A stretch of 64,000 nucleotides of DNA from Mustelus asterias. Its lineage: Eukaryota. The position numbers and the translations under genes were made by a program. Shown here piece by piece: positions 49,416-62,814 of this stretch (positions are counted from its first letter, which is position 1; each line of letters begins with the position of its first letter). The notes below the pieces were generated by a model. That model ran no database searches. It worked only from the letters and a program-made list of their open reading frames with translations, and had not been told where the DNA came from. The stretch covers positions 12,152,001-12,216,000 of the forward strand of contig NC_135830.1 in NCBI RefSeq assembly GCF_964213995.1, given 5' to 3'.

Positions 49416-51389
49416 TAATAAATAGATAGATACTAACTTAGGAAAAGAAGTGTATTCGTGTGGATGAAGGAGGTTGGAAGAATGCGTTTCATCTTGTTAG
49501 GTATTGCGCATCATATCTAATTGCTCTCGTATTGTGTGCAATAATTTGTTGAAAGCTTGGGATGAATCTTGTAACATCCTCTTGTTCAAAAGAGATTGAG
49601 GAACTCAATTAATGTACACCACGTTGCACTGCAAATGGACACTCGGGCAATTCAGCATGACCACTCCTCCTAACCCGCAGATTTTTGGACTGCAGAAGGA
49701 AAGCCGTAAACTTGGCAGAAACCTACGCACATACGGGGCGAATGTGCAAACACCACACAGACAGTTACACAAGGCCGAAATGGAACCTGTGCCCGTAACA
49801 ATGTGAGGTGTCAGTCCTAACAGCTATGTAAATAATTGCAATTACTTTTAAGCATGTTATGGTAATTTATTCAGTATTTAATTGTACATTCTATGCCTCA
49901 GTCAATACCTAAAGTTAATTAACTGCTCTGGACGCTCTTGAATGTGATATACAGCTGGCCATTCCGCTGCCAAGGCAATGCATCTTTCAAGTGACTCACT
50001 GAACTTCTCTCCTCTCTTTCTCTGTCTCAGATTGTACCTAAATCAGATAACCTCTCTTCTCTCTCTCATTCTCCTTTAGCTCACTTACACAGGTACCCAT
50101 GAGCCGGATCTGGCTACTAGTTCAAAAAAGTGTTTAATTTTTATGCTTAAGGCAATCGGTGAATGAAAAGATGAAGCACAACAATCTCAACAGAGGGAAA
50201 TTCAGTGCCGGAAACAGACCAGTTCACTCACTTACACTCTCTCCTCGATTTCTCTCACACAACACCTAACACATTTAAACTTTCTATTTTTGAACACCTC
50301 TGCGGGAAAAAATCGTTGCTTTAATTTTCCCTCTTTTCGCTCAGTGGTAATCTTCAGTCCATCTTCCTTTCAATTAACATTTTTAAACCCCAAATATGAT
50401 CATTTCTTGATTCATTAAAATGGCAATGGAAGTGAATGTAATGCTGAGGCCGGCAGCAATTCTGTGACTGTTCTGGATGCTTTCAGAGTGAGTTCACCCT
50501 CGCAGGCAGGAAGACTGTTCACGGTGATAACATTAAACTGGCCCCGTTTGTTTCATTCTCAGGTAACACAACTTCCCGATTCCTGCTGCCAGTTCCAAAC
50601 CGCACATCTCACTTCTGAGCAAAAAATAAATCCAGGGGCCACAATCTGGTGAGAACATCTGTCAGTGCGGCCTATATCTGTCCACAGAGTCGGGGCAGAG
50701 ACACACAGATCACATTGCGGTGACATTTACAAATGAGTCTGTTGTGATCTGTTCAGAGTTTCCATTCCTGGACATAACTGGATGGTCAGTGGATCAGTCA
50801 CTGAGCTCCCCCGGGTTCCGTAAAGGAAGGGAATGATAGCTGTTATATTTCATTGTTTGACCATTTTCTCTCCATCTGCTATTTATTTATTGTTCCTCAG
50901 CTTTTATCTTTCAGCATCCCGTTTTTCATTATCCTAACTCTCCCGGTGTCTTTCTCGGTCTATCTCTTTGTGAGTCTTTTGAACACATTTATTAGAATTC
51001 AAAATCATGAACTTGTGAGTGGGGTGATGAAAGAGAGAATATTTAAACTCGAAGGACGGTCGGTAACCAGTGGGCAAAGATGTATTTTATTGTGCAGGGC
51101 GACAGAAATTTAATTGTTTACTTTTACACAAGAGTTGTTATGAACTGGAATAAAGAGCTTGAAAGGATGATGGCATCAGATTTCACAGTAACTTTGGAAA
51201 ATAAATTAGATATATCCTTCATGGAGCTAAAATTTGAAGGATTTTCGAGAATAGGTCCATTTTAATTGATCTTATATATCATTGTCCGAGCATCTTTTTT
51301 GTGTCTCCCCCTGTCCTTCATTGAGACTGAATAAAATGCAGTATTTATACAGCTGTCGTCTTGTGCTAATCTTATCTTTTGACAGCACT

Positions 51390-51400
51390 TGTGTGTGTGT

Positions 51401-51431
<31 letters not shown>

Positions 51432-51502
51432 GGGCGGTGGGGGGGGGGGGTGGGGGTGGGGGGTGGGGTGGCGGATGGGGGTGGAGGGAGGTGGGAGGGG
51501 GG
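51390..51502. repeat. (GT)n microsatellite followed by a G-run tract
   Basis: Direct reading. Confidence 0.9.
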
Positions 51503-51749
51503 CTTCTATTTACAAGCCATCGCTTTGAACAAATTAGCATTGGATCGAACTTGTTTAGGAAAAGCACAATAATCCTTAACCTTTATTGCCTCCGATGAGA
51601 TTTTTATATTTAATCTTTCCAGTCTTCACATGTCCTAATTCTGTCTGTAAATGTTGAACTGTTTGTAAGAATGAGAAGGAACATGTTATTTTCTGTTCCT
51701 CCGACAGATTCACCATTGTTACCTCAGATAACATACATTTTTGGAGTCA

Positions 51750-53383
51750 AGAACAACAAAGAACAAAGAACAGAACAGCACAGGAAACAGGCCCTTCGGC
51801 CCTCCAAGCCAGTGCAGCTCCTTGGTCCAACTCGACCAATCGTTTGTATCCCTCCATTCCAAGGCTGCTCATGTGACTATCCAGGTAAGTCTTAAACGAT
51901 GCCAGTGTGCCTGCCTCCACCACCCTACTTGGCAGCGCATTCCAGGCCCCCACCACCCTCTGTGTAAAAAACGTCCCTCTGATATCTGAGGTATACTTCG
52001 CCCCTCTCACCTTGAGCCCGTGACCCCTCGTGATCGTCACCTCCGACCTGGGAAAAAGCTTCCCACTGTTCACCCTATCTATCCCCTTCACAATCTTGTA
52101 CACCTCTATTAGATCTCCCCTCATTCTCCGTCTTTCCAGGGAGAACAAACCCAGTTTACCCAATCTCTCCTCATAGCTAAGACCCTCCATACCAGGCAAC
52201 ATCCTGGTAAACCTTCTCTGCACTCTCCCTAACGCCTCCACGTCCTTCTGGTAGTGTGGCGACCAGAACTGGACGCAGTACTCCAAATGTGGCCTAACCA
52301 GCGTTCTATACAGCTGCATCATCAGACTCCAGCTTTTATACTCTATACCCCGTCCTATAAAGGCAGGCATACCATATGCCTTCTTCACCACCTTCTCCAC
52401 CTGTGTTGCCACCTTCAAGGATTTGTGGACTTGCACACCTAGGTCCCTCTGTGTTTCTATACTCCGGATGACTCTGCCATTTATTGAATAACTCCTCCCT
52501 ACATTATTTCTTCCAAAATGCATCACTTCGCATTCATCCGGATTAAACTCCATCTGCCACCTCTCCGCCCAATTTTCCAGCCTATCTATATCCTGCTGTA
52601 TTGCCCGACAGTGCCCTTCGCTATACGCAAGTCCAGTCATCTTCGTGTCATCCTCAAACTTGCTGATTACACCAGTTACACCTTCTTCCAAATCATTTAT
52701 ATATATCACAAATATCAGAGGCCCCAGTACAGAGCCCTGCGGAACACCACTGGTCACAGACCTCCAGCCGGAAAAAGACCCTTCGACCACTACCCTCTGT
52801 CTCCTATGGCCAAGCCAGTTCTCCACCCATCTAGCCACTTCTCCTTGTATCCCATGAGCCTTAACCTTCTTAACCAACCTGCCATGTGGGACTTTGTCAA
52901 ATGCCTTACTGAAATCCATATAGACGACATCCACGGCCCTTCCTTCATCAACCGTTTTTGTCACTTCCTCAAAAAACTCCACCAAATTTGTAAGGCACGA
53001 CCTCCCTCTTACAAAACCATGCTGTCTGTCACTAATGAGATTGTTCCGTTCTAAATGCACATACATCCTGTCTCTAAGAATCCTCTCCAACAACTTCCCT
53101 ACCACGGATGTCAAGCTCACCGGCCTATAATTTCCTAGGTTATCCCTGCTACCCTTCTTAAACAACGGGACCACATTCGCTATCCTCCAATCCTCAGGGA
53201 CCTCACCCGTGCCCAAAGAAGCGACAAAGATTTCCGTCAGAGGCCCAGCAATTTCATCTCTCATCTCCCTGAGCAGTCGAGGATAGATGCCATCAGGCCC
53301 TGGGGCTTTGTCAGTTTTAATGTTCCCTAAAAAACCTAACACTTCCTCTCTTGTAATGGAGATTTTCTCTAACGGGTCTACCA
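51750..53383 (-). mobile_element. Young CR1-type LINE, 5'-truncated, uninterrupted 545-codon RT-region ORF
   Basis: ORF 51747-53384 contains the RT motifs without stops; (aagaac)n tail at 51750-51780; catalytic motif reads FEDD rather than FADD. Confidence 0.95.
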
Positions 53384-56276
53384 TGATTGATTCCCCCCCT
53401 GGGAATAACAGCTCTTAGTCAGGTGGAGTCAGTCACTCTTGTGGCTGTCATCGGTTTCCAATCCGTGTTTGCCACACAAATCCCTGCGTCACTCATCATG
53501 ACAAAGAAACCCGCGCAAGGCCCTAGAAACGATTGCTTCCTTATATCAGGTCCCAGTCTGACTCTGGGTCTAGCTATCTCTGTTAGTGATACACTGGAAC
53601 CAGTCATTCCAATTATAATGTTCTAATTCTCTATGATTATCTTTGGAAACCGTTACCCAATCAGTTGTGAATTGGAACCTATATCCGGTTCTGTTACGGT
53701 TGACACCTGCCAGTTATTATTGGACAAATTACTTTGTTCTGGAATGCTCACACGCAAAAAAAAACGTTTAATTAAATGTTATATCATGTTCTGTCTTTCT
53801 TCTTCTATATATCCCATACATTGGTTTACATGACTCTCCCGGCCAGTTTATGTTATCGTTGCGCCAGCATATCTGTCTACATTAACTGAGATTCTGTCTC
53901 TGTTGTTACTGCATAATTTTAAATCATTTATGGGATGTGGGCATCACTGGCATCTGTTGCCCTTTTCTAATTGCCCTGACAAAATGGTGATGAGCTGCCA
54001 TCTTGAACAACAGCAGTCCATGTTCACCAGGCAATATCACGGTTTATATCACACAAGGTCTGGCCACTCTTATGATACACCTGATTCATCGTATTACCGA
54101 GATTGTACAACCTATAGACAATAGAAAATATTTAGGATGGTTAGCATGGAATTGGTGAATGTAACGGTTAAACAGAAATATTGCTCCTTCTGTGAAGAGC
54201 AGCAGATGTTTCAATCCTTTGGATCAATGGGAATATGAAGTCTCAGAATTACACGTGTAATTATCTCCTGGCGGCTATATGTCCAGGTTCATTTTCGCCA
54301 TTATTTTCACAAATCAGCACATAATTGAGTTTTTATCAGGAATTTCAGTGAGACACTGAGAAGATAAATTTCCAGTCATTTCCTCGTCATTCGAGATGGG
54401 ATTTATCCATTTTCCAACAGATCTCTAAAGGCAGATAAAGCAACGCTGGGAACAAAGTAGACTGAAATAATTTTGCATACATGAGCACACAACAGAATAG
54501 TTGTCAATAAATAGTGACATATCTAATGTCATTCAGTTGAAATACATGAACTGTTTGGTCTTTTCATGCACTCATGGAAGGCAGAGATGGGCTGAAGGTT
54601 ATCTCTGGGAAAACTGAAGGGAAATTGTTAAAAGAGATTATTGTTCCAAAGGGAGTTATTAGAAAATAGAATGTTTAATATAAATAAGTACGCAAATATC
54701 TTAGCACAGAACTGATGTGGTATTTCTTAGACATAGAACCATAGAACCCCTACAGTTCAGAAAACTGGTCCACCGAGTCTGCATCCTACCATGGGCCTCC
54801 CGCTTGCCCTATCCCCGTTAGCCCCGCACGATTACCACGGCTAATACACATACCCACATGACGCAAAGGGGCAATTGTGCCTGGCCATTCCGACTAACAT
54901 GATCTGTTTTAACCTAAACGAGGGATAGGCTTTTGTGGAGCAACACAGAGACAAGGCCGAGTGCACCAATTATTGATACAGCACCTGTACTAAAATGAAT
55001 GGAGGCTGCGTCGAGTTCATTCATTACTGAGAGCGTATAGAGCGTATTACTAACCAGCGTAGTGTTTCCTCATTTAAACAGAGACATGCAGTCTGCAGTT
55101 GTTACAAAGACAAGGTATATTCTAATATAAGTAGAGACAGTGTGCACTGTAATTTAAACTAAGACAGGTTCTAGTGTGATGTAAACTCACATCGGCGCTT
55201 TCAGAATATAGGGATATGCTCTAGTGTGATATAAACAGAGATGTGGCCCAGTGGAATAAAAAGTGAGGCAATGCAGAGACAAGTAATAATTGAGAGAGGA
55301 TAATGTGTGAAATGAGCAGTGATATGGATTAGCGCAGTAATAAAGTAGAGAACATCTCACGCAATAAAACTGACACCAGGCCTCGTGTAATTTTGTCTGA
55401 TGCTGGGCATTGTATGACATAAACTGAGACAACACCTTATGCAGTAATTTCAGACCAAGGCCTTAGATTGATATAAGATTTGACAGGGGCAAGTGCAGCA
55501 ATAAATGAAACAAGAAAGAGGACAATAATTAGAGACAGGATATGATTCGGTATAAACAGGGAGGTGGGATGGTGCAGCAGTGATTGAGATATTGTCGATG
55601 TTTGCATATACATGGCAGGTTCCAGCAATGTAATAACTCGTGTAATACAAACAGAAACATGTTCTGCTGCAGTATCAGGAGTAACAACAGAGATATGGAG
55701 TAGCATGGCAATAGCCGAGAATTAATTCCGTGCTGTCATAACTGCCAGAGTATACGGCGTAATATCAAATGAGACGTGGTGCAGTGTAGATGTTGCTGAG
55801 TACAGAATCAACTGAGACTTGTTGTCATATAATCAGAAGTATGTGTCATATAAACTGGGTCTAGTTTGGGACAGAGACTGAGTCTATTGCAGCGATAACT
55901 GAGACGATCTGTTTCGTGTCGTGCCAAAAAGCACGATTTCACTGCCATCTCCTGGATCACCTCTGCTATTGCAGATGTTGGGAAATGCTGATTTTAGTTG
56001 CTGTTTCTTACTATTTAATGGGCTGTATTCCCAGCAGGCAAGGCCAATGCATATGTTGGCAATCTGGATTTATTGGCTTTCTAGAACATCTCAGAGGGCG
56101 GGGAAGCACCAATCGCTTGTGGGCCTGGAGTCATCTATCGGCCAAACTGGGAAACGATGGACAGTTTCCTTTTCTGCTGGGCATCAGAGAATCTGTTATA
56201 TTTCTTGTAATGGCCGCAATTACGGAAACGAGCTTTAAATTCAAAATTGCAATTGCATTTCCAAACCCACGTTCTG

Positions 56277-58003
56277 TTATGGAGCCCAAAGAAGTAGGGG
56301 AGATCCTAAATGAATATTTTGCGTCGGTATTCACAAAGGAGAGGGATGTCTTGACTGGGAGTGTCTCGGAGCGGAGTGTTGAACCGTTGGAGAAAATCTC
56401 CATTACAAGGGAGGAAGTGTTAGGTTTGTTGGAGAATATAAAGACTGACAAATCCCCAGGGCCTGATGGAATCTATCCAAGGCTGCTCAGGGAGACGAGA
56501 GATGAAATCGCTGGGCCTCTGACGCAAATCTTTGTCTCGTCACTGGACGCAGGTGAGGTCCCAGAGGATTGGAGGATAGCTAATGTGGTCCCGTTATTTA
56601 AGAAGGGTAGGAAGGATAACCCGGGTAATTATAGGTCGGTGAGCTTGACGTCCGTGGTGGGGAAGTTGTTGGAGAAGATTCTTAGAGATAGGATGTACAC
56701 GCATTTAGAAATGATTAAACTCATTAACGATAGTCAGCATGATTTTGTGAGAGGGTGGCCATGCCTCACTAACCTGGTGGAGTTTTTTGAAGAAGTGACC
56801 AGAATGGTTGACGAGGAAAGGGCCGTGGATATCGTCTATATGAACTTTAGTAAAGCGTTTGACAAAGTCCCTCATGGTAGGCTAGTGAAAAAGGTTGGAT
56901 CTCATGGGATAAAGGGGGAGGTGGTTAGATGGGTGGAGAACTGGCTTGGTCACAGAAGACAGAGGGTGGTAGTGGAAGGGTCTTTTTCCGGCTGGAGGCC
57001 TGTGACTAGTGGTGTTCCGCAGGGCTATGTATTGGGACCTCTGCTGTTTGTGATTTATATAAACAATCTGGAAGAAGGTGTAACTGGGGTGATCAGTAAG
57101 TTTGCGGACGACACAAAATTGGCAGGACTTGCAGATAGTGAGGAGCATTGTCAGAAGCTACGGAAGGATATAGATAGGCTGGAAATTTGGGCAAAAAAAT
57201 GGCAAATGGAGTTCAATCCTGATCAATGCGAAGTGATGCATTTTGGTAGAAATAATGTAGGGAGGAGCTATACGATAAATGGCAGAACCATAAAGGGTGT
57301 AGATACATAGAGGGACCTGGGTGTACAAGTCCACAGATCCTTGAAGGTGACGTCACAGGTGGAGAAGGTGGTGAAGTAGGGATATGGCATGCTTGCCTTT
57401 ACAGGACGGGGCATAGAGTATAAAAGTTGGGGTCTGATGTTGCAGATGTATAGAACGTTGGTTCGGCCGCATTTGGAATACTGCGTCCAGTTCTGATCGC
57501 CACACTACCAGAAGGACGTGGAGGCTTTGGAGAGAGTACAGAGGAGGTTTACCAGGATGTTGCCTGGTATGGAGGGGCTTAGTTATGAGGAGAGATTGGG
57601 GAAACTGGGGATGTTCTCCCTGGAAAGACGGAGGATGAGGGGAGACTTAATAGAGGTGTATAAAATTATGAAAGGCATAGATAGGGTGAACGGTGGGAAG
57701 CTTTTCCCCAGGTCAGTGGTGACATTCACGGGGGGTCATAGGTTCAAGTTGAAGGGGGGGTAGGTTTAACACAGATATCAGAAGGACATATTTTACACAG
57801 AGGGTGGTGGGGGCCTGGAATGCGCTGCTGGGCAAGGTGGTGGAGGCGGACACACTGGGAACGTTTAAGACTTATTTAGATAGCCATATGAACGGAGTGG
57901 GAATGGAGGGATACAACAGAATGGTCTAGTTTGGACCAGGGAGCGGCACGGGTTTGGAGGGCCGAAGGGCCTGTTCCTGTGCTGTATTGTTCTTTGTTCT
58001 TTG
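56277..58003 (+). mobile_element. Young CR1-type LINE, 5'-truncated; same subfamily as 19900-22200
   Basis: ORF from MEPKEVGEILNEYF through KFADD; later stops; (ttgttct)n tail. Confidence 0.95.
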
Positions 58004-59499
58004 TGGTTGGATTTGAAAATATATCTTGAGAAAATTTCCTTCCCTCAGAATTACTCTCCCAGTGATATTACTACTCTGCCACTGTCTCACTTTTCCACGT
58101 TGGTAAATCACTTGCAGCAGAGAAGAAGGCCATTTTGAAGCGTCATTTGTGTGTTGGTCCTGTAAATGAGCAATTCATCCAATAACACTCTGTACCCCAC
58201 AGTCCAGCATTTTGTTCATTTTCAGACAATAATCCAATCCCACTTTGAATCCATCAATTGGCGCTACCTGCACCAGACTCTCAAACAGCACATTCCAGAT
58301 CTGAATCACTCACTGTCTGAAAAAGTTTTTCGTTATGTCTCCATGCTTCTTTCACCAATTAACTTCAACCGCGCACTCTGTGACAAGATCAAAGAACAAG
58401 AACAAAGAACAATACAGCACAGGAACAGGCCCTTCGGCCCACCAAGCCCTCGCCGCTCCCTGGTCCAAACTAGATCCTTCTGCCATTGAACAATTCCTCT
58501 CTTTCTACTCTGTCAAGACCCCTCAGGATTTTGAAGGGCTCAATGGGATCACATCAGTCACTTCCTGTCAAGGAAATCAGTCCGAACATCTCCAATATAT
58601 TTTCGTAACTGAAATTTCTGATCTCTGGAACTAATCTCGTGTATTTCCCCTGCATCCAGCCTATTGGCTTTACATTCCTCCCTACGTTTGGTGCCCAGAT
58701 TTGGACGCAATTTTTCAGTTGACTATTTTCCATTGCTTTCTACACATTTAGCATAATTTCGTTGCTTCTGTATCCTTTTCCCCAATAGACAAAGACTGTT
58801 AACTATTTTGTTTACCACCGTTTAAACCTATCTTCCACCATGAATGATTTATGCACATATTCAATCAGGTCCCTCGGCGTCGACACCAACTTTCATAGCG
58901 TTTTCATCATTTCCATTTGTCTCTTCACATTCAGCTTAACAAAACGAATCATGTAACTTTACTCTGCAATAAATTAAATGCCCAATTGCACGCCCATTCC
59001 ACCAATTCGTTTTTTTCGTTCTGAACTTTTGCATGAACTTCTGATGGTTTGCAATGTTTCCAAAATTGTATCATTCACAGATTTTGAAAGTCTGACCTCC
59101 ATACAACGCTCTCGGTCATTTCTATGTCAGGAAGGTCAAGGGTCAATTAACCGATTCCTGGCAACTTCACTACAAGCTTTGTTCCTGTAGGAAAAACAGC
59201 AACGACTTGTTTCCTGGCACTCAGCCAATCACAGAAGGCACGTAATCGCCAAACACGTTGGGACTGGAGTCACCTATGGGCCAAACTGGGAAATAATGGA
59301 AGGTTTCTTTTTCTGCAGGCCATTAGAGAATCTGTTATATTTCCTGTAACGGCCGCAATTACGGAAACGAGCTTCAAATTCAAAATTGCAATTGTATTTT
59401 AAAACCCACGACCTCTTGTAGTTGGATTTGAATATATATCTTGACAAAATTGCCTCGCCTCAGAACTACTCTCCCAGTGATATTGCATTGACTGGGACA

Positions 59500-61900
59500 G
59501 CCATAGTATTAGAGGGTTGGATGGAGAGAAATGTGTTTAGTGTATTCAGGAGGAATTTCTCATTCAGGATGTGGATTTCCTGTCTAGAGCGGGGGCAAAA
59601 CTTGACCTTCTCTTGGGAAATAAGGAAGGGCAGGTGACGGACGTGTCACTGAGCGATCACTTTGGGACCAGTGATCATAATTCTATTAGTTTTAAGATAG
59701 CTATGGAGAATGATAGGTCTGGCCCAAAAGTTAAAATTCTAAGTTGGGTCAAAGCCAATTTTGATGGCATCAGGCAGGAACTTTCAACAGTTAATTGGGG
59801 GGGTCTGTGGAAGGCAAAGGGACGTCTGGTAATTGGGAGGCTTCAAAAGTGTGTTAACCAGCGTTCAGAGTAAGTACATTTCTCTCAGGGTGAACGGCAA
59901 TGCTGGTAGAGGTAGGGAACCCTGGATTACTCGGGATACTGAGGCCCTGGTCAAGAAGAAGAAGGAGGCACATGACATGCATAGGTAGCTGGGATCAGGG
60001 GAATTCCTTGAACGGTATAGCGGGTGTAGGAGTAGAGTTAAGAGAGAAATCAGGAGGGCAAAAAGGGGACACGAGATGGTTTTGGCAGATAAGGCAAAGG
60101 AGAATCCAAAGAGCTTCTACAAATGCATAAATGGCAAAAGAGTAACGAGGGAGAGGATAGGAGCTATTAAGGACCAACAAGGCCATCGATGTGCGGATCC
60201 ACAAGAAATGGGTGAGATCCTAAATGAATAATTCTCATCAGTGTTTATTATTGGGAAAAGCATGAGTGTTAGGAAACTTGGGGAAATAAATAGTGATGTC
60301 TTGAGGAGTGTACATATTACAGAGAAGGAGGTGCTGGAAGTCTTAAAGCGCATCAAGGTCGATAAACCACAGGACCTGATGAACTGTAACAAAGGACATT
60401 ATGCGAGGCTAGGGGGGAAATTGCGTGTCGCCGAGCAGAGATATTTGACTCTGCGAGAGTCACAGGTGAGGGGCCTAGAGATTGGAGGGTGGCAATTGTT
60501 CTGCCTTTGTTTAAAAAGGGCTGCAGGGAAAAGCCTGGGAACTACAGGCCAAAGAGCCTCACATCTGTTGTGGGCAAGTTGTTGGAAGATATTTTGAGAG
60601 ACAGGATCGACAGGCACTTAGATACGCAAGGACTGATTAGGGACATTCAGCATGGCTTTGTGAGTGGAAAATCATGTTTCACAAATTTGATTCAGTTTTC
60701 GAAGGGGGAACCAAGAAGGTAGACGAGGGAGTGCAGTTGATGTTGTCTACATGGACTTCAGCAACGCCTTTGACAAGGTACCACATGGTAGGTTATTGCA
60801 TGAGGTTAAATCTCACGGATCCAGGGTCAGGTAGCTAAATGGATACAAAATTGACGATGACAGAAGCCAGAGGGTGGTTGGAGAGCGATGTTTTTCAAAC
60901 TGGAGACCTTTGACCAGCGGTGTGCCTCATGGATCCGTGCTGTGTCCACTGTTATTTGTCATTTATATTAATGATTTGGATGAGAATATAGGAGGCATGG
61001 TTATTAAGTTTGCAGATGACACCAAGATTGGTGGCATAGTGGACAGTGTAGGTTATCTCGGATTGCAACGGGATCTTGATCAATTGCGCCAGTGGGCTGA
61101 CGAATGGCAGATGGAGTTTAATTTAGACAAATGCGAGGTGATGCATTTTGGTAGATTGAACCAGGGTATGACTTAGTCAGCTAATGATAGGGCGTTGGGG
61201 AAAGTTACAGAACAAAGTGGAGTCACAGGTGGACAGAGTGGTGAAGAAGGCATTTGGCATGCTTGGTTTCATCGATCAGACCATTGAATACAGGAGTTGG
61301 AATGTCTTGTTGAAGTTGTACAAGAGATTGGGAAGGCCACACTTGGAATACTGTGTGCAATTCTGGTCACCCAATTATAGAAAGGATATTATTAAACTAG
61401 AAGGAGTGCAGAAAAGATTCACTAGGATGCTACCGGGACTTGATGGATTGAGTTACAAGGAGAGGCTGGATATACTGGGACTTTTTCCTCTGGAGTGTAG
61501 GAGGCTGAGGGGTGATCTCATAGAGATCTGTAAAATAATGAGGGGCATAGATCAGCTAGATGGTCAATATATTTTACCAAAGTTAGGAGAGACTAAAACT
61601 AGAGGGCAGAAGTTTAAGGTGAGGAGGGAGAGATACAAAAGTGTCCAGAGGGGCAATTTTTTCACATCGGGGGTGGTGAGTGTCTGGGACAAGCTGCCAG
61701 AGATAGTAGTAGAGGCGGATACAATTTTGTCTTTTAAAAAGTATTTAAATAGTGACATGGGTACGATGGGTGTAGAACGATATGGGCCAAATGTGGGCAA
61801 TTGGCATTAGCTTTGGGGTTTTAAAAAAAAGGGCGGCATGGACAAGTTGGGCCGAAGAGCCTGTTTCTATGCTGTAAACCTCTATGATTCTCTGACTCTA
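59500..61900 (+). mobile_element. CR1-type LINE including part of the endonuclease domain, disrupted
   Basis: LDLLLGN...HFGTSDHNSI, NYRPKSLTS, KFADD; ctatgatt/ctctatga tail. Confidence 0.92.
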
Positions 61901-61901
61901 T

Positions 61902-62800
61902 GAGTTCAGGGGGATGGAGTCAGAGGGAATAGAGCAGGGAGAGAGGATCCCTGGGATGATTTTCAGTGTGTTCTGGACGATGATATGAGAGGGAATGGAG
62001 CAGAGATCGAGGTTCCCTGGGGTGATATTCAGTGAGTTCAGAGCGATGCTATCAGAGGGAATGGAGCAGAGAGAGAAGAGCCCTGGGGTGATGCTCAGTG
62101 TGTTCAGGGCAATGGAGTCAGAGGGGATGGAGCAGGGAGAGAGGATCCATGGGGTGATGCTCAGTCAGGTCAGGGCGATGGAGTCAGAGGGAATGGAGCA
62201 GGGAGAGAGGATCCATGGGGTGATGCTCAGTCAGGTCAGGGCGATGGAGTCAGAGGGAATGGAGCAGGGAAAGAGGATCTCTGGGGTGAAGCTCAGTGAG
62301 GTCAGGGCGATGCTATCAGAGGGAATGGAGGAGGGACAGAGGATTCCTGGGGTGATGTTCGAAGAGTTCAGGGTGATGGAGTCAGAGGGAATGGAGCAGG
62401 GAGAAGGGATCCCTGGGATGATAATCAGTGAGTTCAGGGGGATGGAGTCAGGGGGAATGGAACACGGAGAGAGGATCCCTGGGGCGATGCTCAGTGGGTT
62501 CAGGGCGATGCTATCAGAGGGAATGGAGCAGGGAGAGATGCTCCCTGTGGTGATGTTCAGTGAGTTCAAGAAGATGGAGTCAGAGGGAATCGAGCAGGGA
62601 GAGAGAATCCATGGCTTGATGTTCAGTGAGTTCAGGGGGATGGAGACAGAGGGAATGAAGCAGGGAGAGAGGATACCTGGGGTGATGCTCAGTGAGTTCA
62701 GGGACATGGTATCAGAGGGAATGGAGCAGGGAAAGAGGATCCCTGGACTGATGCGCAGTGAGTTCAGGGGGAAGGAGTCGGAGGTAATGGAGCAGGGACA
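61902..62800 (+). repeat. 66-bp minisatellite, about 13-14 units (gagggaatggagcagggagagaggatccctggggtgatgctcagtgagttcagggcgatggagtca)
   Basis: 22-aa periodicity in ORF 61995-62810. Confidence 0.9.
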
Positions 62801-62814
62801 GTGTTTTTAACCAC

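Noticed and set aside
53387-53833. Short ORFs in unique sequence next to the CR1
   Set aside because: No recognisable domain or consistent splice signals.
55916-56276. N-terminal extension of the 464-aa ORF as a novel RT fusion protein
   Set aside because: Chance read-through from SINE-like flank into a 5'-truncated CR1; the ORF stops prematurely at 57310.
61995-62810. 271-aa repetitive ORF as a protein-coding gene
   Set aside because: Coincides exactly with a 66-bp minisatellite between LINE fragments; no promoter or exon evidence.
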